From positions 1-53,466 of the forward strand of contig JBGQHJ010000016.1 of NCBI GenBank assembly GCA_041497895.1: DNA of 53,466 bases, given 5' to 3'. Positions 46,989-53,466 of the stretch are shown piece after piece. The DNA is from Candidatus Methylomirabilia bacterium (GTDB lineage: Bacteria; Methylomirabilota; Methylomirabilia; Rokubacteriales; CSP1-6). The notes below the pieces were generated by a model, which saw only the letters and a list, made by a program, of their open reading frames with translations, ran no database searches and had not been told where the DNA came from. Each line of letters begins with the position of its first letter. The stretch's first letter is position 1. The position numbers and the translations under genes were made by a program.

Positions 46989-49703
46989 TCAGCCGGTGTT
47001 GCGCAGGCCGGCGGCGATGCCGTTGATGGTGACCACGATGATCTCGCGGTACCGCGCGGCGTCGTCGCCGTCCTGGTCCGTCAGCGCGCGCATCCGGCGG
47101 AGCATTTCCACCTGGAGGTAGTTCAGCGGATCCACGTACGGATTGCGCAGGTGCACGGAGCGCTGGATGACCGGGTCGCCGTCCATCAGCTCGGCGTGGC
47201 CGGTGGCGCGTAGGATCGACTCCCGCGCGCGCACGAACTCATTGCCGATGCGCGTGAACACCGCGGTGGCGAGCGCCCGGTTCGGCACCAGCTCGGAGTA
47301 GAGCGCGGCGATCCCCATGTCGGCCTTGAGCAAGGACATCTCCGCATTGTCCAGGATGGCCCGGAAGAAGGGCCACCCCGCGTACATCTCCCGCAGCCGG
47401 ACCGCGTCCGCCCGCGCCAGCGCGGTGCCAAGGCCGTACCAGCCGGGGAGGTTGAAGCGGCTCTGCATCCACGAGAAGACCCACGGGATCGCGCGCACCG
47501 CGCTCCGGGTGAGGCCGCCCGCGTGGCGCACCGCGGGCCGCGAGCCCAGACGCAGGCGCGAGAGCTCCTCGATCGGGGTGGCGGCCCGCCAGTACTCGAG
47601 GAAGCCGGGCGTGCGCTCGACCAGGTCGTGATAGGTCTCGCGCGCGGCGCCCGCCATGAGGTGCAAGGCCTCGCGCCAGGCGGGGTCGAGCGGCGCCGCC
47701 GCGTCGCCGTCGTCCGCAGAGGCCAGGAGTACCGCGCTCACGATCTGCTCCACGTGGCGGTGCGCCAGCGCGGGGTCGGCGTAGCGCGAGGCGATGGTCT
47801 CGCCCTGCTCGGTCACGCGGAAACGACCCTCGACGGTGCCCGGCGGCTGCGCGCGGATCGCGCGCCCCGCGGGCCCGCCGCCCCGCGCCACCGTGCCCCC
47901 GCGCCCGTGGAAGAGCGTGAGCCCGACCGCGTGCTCCCGGCAGACTCGCGCGATGGATTCCTGCGCACGATAGAGCGCCCAGTTGGCGGCCAGGTAGCCA
48001 CCGTCCTTGTTGGAGTCGGAGTAGCCGATCATCACCATCTGCTCGCGTCCACACGATTCGAGGTGCGCGCGGTAGACCGGCAGCGCGAAGAGCGCCTCGA
48101 GTGTGCGCGGCGCCGCGTCGAGATCGCCCAGCGTCTCGAAGAGCGGGACGATCTGCATACCGGCCGCGCCGCCCGCCCAGCGGGCCAGCAGCAGCACCGT
48201 GAGCAGGTCCGCCGGCCCGCGGGTCATCGAGATGATGAAGGGCCCGAGCGACTCGCGGCCGTAGATCGCCTGCGCGCGGGCGAGGAGGCGGAAGAGTCGC
48301 CACGTCTCGGCCGGCAGCTCGTCGAGCGCGAGCGCGGAGATCTCCGAGGTTTTGAGCGCCTCCTCGGAGAGCAGGTGGAGAACGACCGCGGCGCGGGCCG
48401 ACTCGTCGCCCTCGGCGAAACCGGCATCGAGGCCGAGGCGCGCCAGGATGTCACCGAGCGTGGCGGCGAGCCGCCCCGAGTCCTCGCGGATGTCGAGGCG
48501 GGCCGCGTGCAGGCCGAAGCTCTCGATCTGGTGCTCGAGCGCGCGGATCCGGTCGCCGGCGAGCGCGGGCGGGACGCCCTGCGCGACCAGGTCCACCACC
48601 TTGCAGACCTCGGCGGCGGTGGCCCGCGCGACGTGGGGCGCCTCGTCGAGAAGGCGCGCCGTCATGTCCTCCCGCGACGCGGCCTCGAGGTCGGCGGCGA
48701 GCAGGGACAGCGCCAGGCGGTAGGGCTCGCCCGCGTAGCGCTGCTCGAGGTAGGCCACGTGCGCGGGCAGGGGCCGTCGCGCGTCGAGCCAGGCGGTCAG
48801 CGCCTCGGGCGGCGGGCAGCGCCGGCCGCTCACGCTCAGGCGCCGGGCCAGGTCTTGCACCGAGCGGCGATGCCGCTCGACCGCGAGCCCGCGATGCAGG
48901 CGCAGGGTCTCGGCGGTCAGCTCGGTCACCACCGACGGGTTGCCGTCACGGTCGCCGCCGATCCACGACGCCACCGTGAGCCACGCGGGGGGCGGGACGA
49001 GGCCCGGGTAGTGGAGCGCGAGCGCGGCTTCGAGATCGGCGTCGATGCGGGGCACGAGATCCCAGAAGACCTCGTCCACGAAGTAGAGGCCGGTGCGCAC
49101 CTCGTCGGTGACCGCGGGCCGGGTCGTCCGCGCGCGGTCGGTGAGCCAGAGCGCGGTGATCTCGGCCTGGAGGCCGGCCAGCAGCTCCCTCCGCTCGCGC
49201 GGCAGCAGGTCCGGATCCTGGAGGTGGCGCAGCACCTCGCTGATCCGCTGGAGCTTCGACAGCACGGTGCGGCGCTTGGCCTCGGTCGGATGCGCGGTCA
49301 GCACGAGCTCGACACGCAGCCCCCGCAGGAGCATGGCCATCCGCTCGGCGGTGACTCCGTGGGCCGCGAGCCGGGCGACCGTGTCCCCGATGGACTCGCC
49401 GATCGGCGCCGGGTACTGCGCGCGCTCGCGGGCCCGGAGGGCCTGGATGCGATGCACCTCCTCGGCGAGATTGATCAGGTCGAAGTAGACCGCGAAGGCG
49501 GAGGCGGTGGCGCGCGCGGCGTCCACGGGGAGATCGGCCACCGCCAGGGGCAGGCGAACGGCCGCGTCCATCTCGCCGGCGCGGCGCGCCTTGGCGAGCG
49601 CGCGGATCTGCTCCTCGGTCTCGAAGAGCGCGACGGATTCCTGGGCGCGCAGGACCTCGCCGAGGGCTTCGCCCAGCAGGTGGATGGTGGCCGAGAGGTC
49701 CAC
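46989..49703 (-). CDS. ppc: phosphoenolpyruvate carboxylase
   Basis: VLTAHPTE, WIGGDRDGNP, VPLFET, MIGYSDSNKDGG, FHGRGG, RAIPW and GLRNTG motifs. Confidence 0.97.
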   Translation of the reverse strand: MDLSATIHLLGEALGEVLRAQESVALFETEEQIRALAKARRAGEMDAAVRLPLAVADLPVDAARATASAFAVYFDLINLAEEVHRIQALRARERAQYPAPIGESIGDTVARLAAHGVTAERMAMLLRGLRVELVLTAHPTEAKRRTVLSKLQRISEVLRHLQDPDLLPRERRELLAGLQAEITALWLTDRARTTRPAVTDEVRTGLYFVDEVFWDLVPRIDADLEAALALHYPGLVPPPAWLTVASWIGGDRDGNPSVVTELTAETLRLHRGLAVERHRRSVQDLARRLSVSGRRCPPPEALTAWLDARRPLPAHVAYLEQRYAGEPYRLALSLLAADLEAASREDMTARLLDEAPHVARATAAEVCKVVDLVAQGVPPALAGDRIRALEHQIESFGLHAARLDIREDSGRLAATLGDILARLGLDAGFAEGDESARAAVVLHLLSEEALKTSEISALALDELPAETWRLFRLLARAQAIYGRESLGPFIISMTRGPADLLTVLLLARWAGGAAGMQIVPLFETLGDLDAAPRTLEALFALPVYRAHLESCGREQMVMIGYSDSNKDGGYLAANWALYRAQESIARVCREHAVGLTLFHGRGGTVARGGGPAGRAIRAQPPGTVEGRFRVTEQGETIASRYADPALAHRHVEQIVSAVLLASADDGDAAAPLDPAWREALHLMAGAARETYHDLVERTPGFLEYWRAATPIEELSRLRLGSRPAVRHAGGLTRSAVRAIPWVFSWMQSRFNLPGWYGLGTALARADAVRLREMYAGWPFFRAILDNAEMSLLKADMGIAALYSELVPNRALATAVFTRIGNEFVRARESILRATGHAELMDGDPVIQRSVHLRNPYVDPLNYLQVEMLRRMRALTDQDGDDAARYREIIVVTINGIAAGLRNTG

Positions 49704-49864
49704 AGCGGAGCCCTCCCCGTGGCTCGCCTCCGGCGATCTCGATCCGGCCTCGGGCGGTGAGGGCCGGGACTGGCGGGTCTACCGCGGCCTGCGGCGCAGC
49801 AGGAGGGTCAGCCGGCAAGGGGGATTGTGAGCCCCCGGGCGCGGCCGAGTCAAGCGGGCTCCGA

Positions 49865-51103
49865 TCAGGGGCTCTTGTGGAGCGCGCCGTCCTTCATGAT
49901 CATGCGGATCGCGCTGCGATCCTGCAGGATCGCGATGTCGGCGAGCGGATCGCCGTCCACCAGCAGGAGATCGGCGAGGGCGCCCGGCTTGACCACCCCC
50001 AGCTCGCCGGGGCGGCCCATGATCTCGCCGCCCAGCTTCGTGGCGGCCACGAGGGTCTCCATCGGCGAGTAGCCCAGGATCTTCACGAAGAGCCAGAGAT
50101 CGCGCGCGTAGGTGCCGTGGGGCGTGTACACGAAGCCGTAGTCGCCGCCCGGCAGCACGCGGATGCCGCGCTTGCGCATGCGGGCGATGGTGTCCACGGT
50201 GGCGGCCAGCTCCCGCTCGAACCCCTGCGCGCGCTCCGGGGTCACGCCCCACTGCCCGTTGGCCTGCGTCAGGTTGTAGGTGATGCCGAGCGCGGGCGCC
50301 ACGAAGACCCGATCGCGCGCGCCCTCGAGGGCGTCGAGCGGGGCGTCATCACAATAGTTGGCGTGGTAGATGATCTCGATGCCGTGCTTGACCGCCATGC
50401 GCACCGAGTCGCCGCTGCGGCAGTGGGCGCAGACGCGGAGCCCGGCCGCCCGCGCGACCTCCATGGCCGCCGCCACCTCGGCCTCGGTCATGGGCGTCAG
50501 CTCCGACGACCAGGCCGACGTCCCGAGATCGCCCGAGAGGTTGAGCTTGAGCAGGTCCACGCCTTCGCGGGCGAGGAGCCGACAGACGCGGCGGATCGCG
50601 GCGGGGCCGTCGGCGACCCAGCAGAAGGTCGGCGTCTCGTGGTACGGAAGGTGGAGCAGGTTGCTGTCGCCGAGGCCACCCGTCACCGTGATCTCGGGCC
50701 CGTTGGCGAGCAGGCGCGGTCCGGGGAAGCGGCCCGCCTCGATCTCCCGCTTGACCACCACGTCGAGGCGCGGCTTGGCCGCCGCGGCGGAGAGCGCGCT
50801 GGTGTAGCCCGAGTCGAGCATGGTGCGCGCGTTGCGGAGCGTGGCGAGCAGGTGCTCTTCCGGCGGCAGTCGCGTCAGCTCGTACGAGGTGATGTCGGCG
50901 AAGCTCAGGTGGGCGTGCGGCTCGATCAGACCGGGCATCAGGGTGGCACCCCGGCCGTCGATGACGCGCTCGTCGGCGCGCGCGGCCACCGGACGCGTCG
51001 CGACATCCGCGATCCGGTTGCCGTCCACGCGCACCGCGCTGGCGAACGGCTCGCGGCCGGTGCCGTCGAGGATGCGCACGTTCGTGATCAGGTAGCCGGT
51101 CAT
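49865..51103 (-). CDS. metal-dependent amidohydrolase (prolidase-like subgroup)
   Basis: PGLIEPHAH, AHCR, YHAN, GGDYGF and GALADLLLVDGDPL motifs. Confidence 0.9.
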   Translation of the reverse strand: MTGYLITNVRILDGTGREPFASAVRVDGNRIADVATRPVAARADERVIDGRGATLMPGLIEPHAHLSFADITSYELTRLPPEEHLLATLRNARTMLDSGYTSALSAAAAKPRLDVVVKREIEAGRFPGPRLLANGPEITVTGGLGDSNLLHLPYHETPTFCWVADGPAAIRRVCRLLAREGVDLLKLNLSGDLGTSAWSSELTPMTEAEVAAAMEVARAAGLRVCAHCRSGDSVRMAVKHGIEIIYHANYCDDAPLDALEGARDRVFVAPALGITYNLTQANGQWGVTPERAQGFERELAATVDTIARMRKRGIRVLPGGDYGFVYTPHGTYARDLWLFVKILGYSPMETLVAATKLGGEIMGRPGELGVVKPGALADLLLVDGDPLADIAILQDRSAIRMIMKDGALHKSP

Positions 51104-51188
51104 CTGGGCGGGGATTCTAGCACCGCCTCGGTCTCGGCGGCGATGGCATCCCTCTTGCTGCGCTTTGCGGACCCAAGAGGAGGGACCG

Positions 51189-51362
51189 ATGCCGACCTAT
51201 CTGATGAGCTGCACCCATTGTGCGTACGAAGTCGCGTTTCGCACGGAGCCGGACGCGAAAACTGAAGGAGTTCGGCACCTTCTGCAGTTCCCGGCGCACG
51301 GGGTGAAGGTGACGCCCAGTGAGGACGCCATGATCCGGGATGAGGAAAGAGTTACCGCGTAG
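51189..51362 (+). CDS. 57-aa small protein with CxxC...H...H (putative Zn finger)
   Basis: Strong AGAGGAGG RBS; fills the intergenic gap; MPTYLMSCTHC...RHLLQFPAH. Confidence 0.6.
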   Translation: MPTYLMSCTHCAYEVAFRTEPDAKTEGVRHLLQFPAHGVKVTPSEDAMIRDEERVTA

Positions 51363-51370
51363 TCCCGAAA

Positions 51371-51862
51371 TTACAGGTACTGGCCGGGCTCCCGGGGGGG
51401 GCCGTCGGTAGGACCGGGCGGCAGCCCGCGGCGGCGGCGCATCTCCTCGATCTCGGCCCGCGCCTGCATGTGCTGGCTCCAGAGCGCGGCCTGGATACCC
51501 TGGAACAGGCCTTCCAGCCAGCCGACGAGCTGGGCCTGGGCCAGCCGGATCTCGGACTCGCTCGAGCTGCTGTCGAGCGGGATCGTGAGCGTATCGAGCT
51601 CGTCCTGCAGCTCCTTCGACACGCCCTCCTTCAATCCCGCGAGCGCCCGCTCGTAGACCTCGCGCAGTCGCCGGCGGCCCGGCTCGTCCGGCTTGGACTG
51701 GCGCACGTCCTCCAGCATCTCGCGGATCATCGCGGCGATGCGGATCAGCTTGGCCGGCTGCTCGATCGCCGGCCCCTGCGATACCTGGGCGGGGAGAACC
51801 TCTGGATGCTCGTCCGGATGCGCGTCGTCGATGGGCGGCTCCATTCCCGAGTTGGTCGGCAT
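51371..51862 (-). CDS. bpa: bacterial proteasome activator Bpa/PafE (DUF2587)
   Basis: EQPAKLIRI, EIRLAQAQLVGWLEGLFQGIQAAL, C-terminal GQYL; ATG 51862 (or 51844). Confidence 0.9.
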   Translation of the reverse strand: MPTNSGMEPPIDDAHPDEHPEVLPAQVSQGPAIEQPAKLIRIAAMIREMLEDVRQSKPDEPGRRRLREVYERALAGLKEGVSKELQDELDTLTIPLDSSSSESEIRLAQAQLVGWLEGLFQGIQAALWSQHMQARAEIEEMRRRRGLPPGPTDGPPREPGQYL

Positions 51863-51915
51863 GTCTTCGATGCTACCACGCGCCTTTTGACGAAACTGGC
51901 GGGCGCCCCGCGGAT

Positions 51916-52323
51916 CTAGACCTTCTTGGTGGGCTTCTCCGCGACCGGGTAGCCCCGCTTCTTCCACTCCGCGAAGCCGCCGTCCATCTCGACGACGGTC
52001 TCGAGGCCCATCTGCTGGGCCACGTCGGTGGCCAGGGCCGAGCGCCACGCGCCGTTGCAGTAGAAGACGAACTCCTTGTCGGCCGCGAAGACGTCCTTGT
52101 GGTACGGGCTGTCCGGATCCACCCAGAACTCGAGCATGCCGCGCGGGCAGTGGAAGGCGCCGGGGATCATGCCCTCGCGCTCCAGCTCGCGGATGTCCCG
52201 AAGGTCGACGAACACCACGCGGTCGCTGCCGAGACGGCCCTTGGCGTCCTCGAGACTGATGGTCTTGATGCGGGACTTCGCCTCGTTCACCATCTGCTGG
52301 AATCCTTTGCGGGGGGTCTTCAT
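51916..52323 (-). CDS. single-domain rhodanese-like protein
   Basis: VDLRD..E, IPGA, YCNGAWRS and GGFAEW motifs; GAGGAG RBS. Confidence 0.9.
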   Translation of the reverse strand: MKTPRKGFQQMVNEAKSRIKTISLEDAKGRLGSDRVVFVDLRDIRELEREGMIPGAFHCPRGMLEFWVDPDSPYHKDVFAADKEFVFYCNGAWRSALATDVAQQMGLETVVEMDGGFAEWKKRGYPVAEKPTKKV

Positions 52324-52337
52324 GGCCGCTCCTCGGG

Positions 52338-53033
52338 TCAAACTTCCAGGTTCTCTTTTCGCACCGCCGCGTTGGCGGCCAGGTCGGCGGGCGTCCCATC
52401 GAACACGATACGCCCGTGGCCCATCACGTACACGCGGTGCGAGATCTTGAGCGCGATCGTCAGCTTCTGTTCCACCAGGAGAATCGAGACCCCTCGGTGC
52501 GCGATCTCGTCGAGGAAGCGGCCCACCTGGGTGACGAGCATCGGGGCGAGCCCCTCGGTGGGCTCGTCGATGATGACCAGCTCGGGGTCGCCCATGAGCG
52601 TGCGCCCCATCGTCAGCATCTGCTGCTCGCCGCCCGACAGCACGCCGGCCAGGTTGTCCTGGCGCTCGCGCAGGAGCGGGAACAGCGCGAACATGTCGTC
52701 GAACGACCAACGGCCGTACCGTCCCGCGCGCTTCTGGCCCAGCTCGAGGTTCTGGCGCACGGTGAGGGTGGGGAAGACCTGCCGGTCCTCCGGCACGTAG
52801 CCGATGCCCGCGTGGGCGATCTGGTCGGCGCGCAGGCCGACCAGGCTCTTGCCCTTCCAGAGGACCTCGCCGACCGGCTCGACCAGCCCCATGATCGCCT
52901 TGCAGGTGGTGGAGCGGCCGACCCCGTTGCGGCCGAGCAGGCTCACGATCTCGCCGGCGCGAACTTCCAGGTTCACTCCCTGGAGGATGTGGCTCTTGCC
53001 GTAGTAGGCATGGAGATCGCGGACGGTGAGCAT
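52338..53033 (-). CDS. branched-chain amino acid ABC ATPase (LivF-like)
   Basis: GRNGVGRS, LSGGEQQM, DEPTEGLAP, VEQ. Confidence 0.92.
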   Translation of the reverse strand: MLTVRDLHAYYGKSHILQGVNLEVRAGEIVSLLGRNGVGRSTTCKAIMGLVEPVGEVLWKGKSLVGLRADQIAHAGIGYVPEDRQVFPTLTVRQNLELGQKRAGRYGRWSFDDMFALFPLLRERQDNLAGVLSGGEQQMLTMGRTLMGDPELVIIDEPTEGLAPMLVTQVGRFLDEIAHRGVSILLVEQKLTIALKISHRVYVMGHGRIVFDGTPADLAANAAVRKENLEV

Positions 53034-53466
53034 CAGACGGGCACGCCGAGATAGGCTTCCTGGACCGCACGGTTGGCCCGGATCTCCGCGGGCGGGCCGG
53101 ACGCGATCACCTGCCCGTACACCAGCACCGTCACCACGTCGGCCACGTCGAAGACCACGCTCATGTCGTGCTCGACCATGACGAGCGTCTTGCCCGCGGT
53201 CACGCGCCGGATCAGAGCGACCGCGTGATCGGCCTCGCTGCGGCTCATCCCCGCGGTGGGCTCGTCGAGCAGGATGGTGTCGGCCCCGCCCGCGATCGTG
53301 ATGCCGATCTCGAGCGCGCGCTGCTCGGCGTAGGAGAGCAGCCCGGCGGGTACGTCCCGGCGCGACTCCAGGTTGACCTCGGCGAGGAGGCGCGCGGCCG
53401 CGTCGTTCAGGGCGCGCTCGCCGCCCAGCAGGTGCCAGAACGAGTAGCGGTAGCCCCGCGACCACA
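53033..53466 (-). CDS. branched-chain amino acid ABC ATPase (LivG-like), 5'-truncated by the window edge
   Basis: LSYAEQRALE, LDEPTAG, VEHDM, VQEAYLG. Confidence 0.9.
   Translation of the reverse strand, partial: WSRGYRYSFWHLLGGERALNDAAARLLAEVNLESRRDVPAGLLSYAEQRALEIGITIAGGADTILLDEPTAGMSRSEADHAVALIRRVTAGKTLVMVEHDMSVVFDVADVVTVLVYGQVIASGPPAEIRANRAVQEAYLGVPV

Noticed and set aside
49704..49853. About 115-nt ppc leader (after TTGACT-18-CACAAT) as a riboswitch or frameshifted N-terminal extension
   Set aside because: No recognisable aptamer; GTG 49703 has a good GGAGG RBS, and the upstream TTG ORF is out of frame

Overview
Very GC-rich bacterial chromosomal window of about 45 tightly packed genes, mostly catabolic and transport functions. 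These include ABC transporters, amidohydrolases, a CoA-transferase, acyl-CoA dehydrogenases, LLM monooxygenases, two 2OG-Fe(II) dioxygenases, a GH51 arabinofuranosidase, a CoxL-like molybdoprotein, ppc and msrB. Gene style suggests a diderm soil bacterium, possibly Ca. Rokubacteria; this is an inference only. I saw no rRNA, tRNA, CRISPR array or intact mobile element. Highlights: (1) a hidden selenoprotein (WASW-U-GC redoxin, in-frame TGA at 9699-9701 plus a SECIS-like hairpin) that the ORF track splits in two; (2) an HpnP-like hopanoid C-2 methylase inside a co-oriented dioxygenase / aminotransferase / C45 acyltransferase / amidase run; (3) a Bpa/PafE proteasome activator ending in GQYL; (4) an unexplained ~150-nt rod-like structured element at 12535-12682; (5) an exported TPR-CHAT protease; (6) a probable ATA start codon in an ATAG stop/start overlap; (7) many apparent leaderless promoters; (8) REP-like repeats and two gene remnants. 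Family assignments come from motif recognition by eye, not from database searches.
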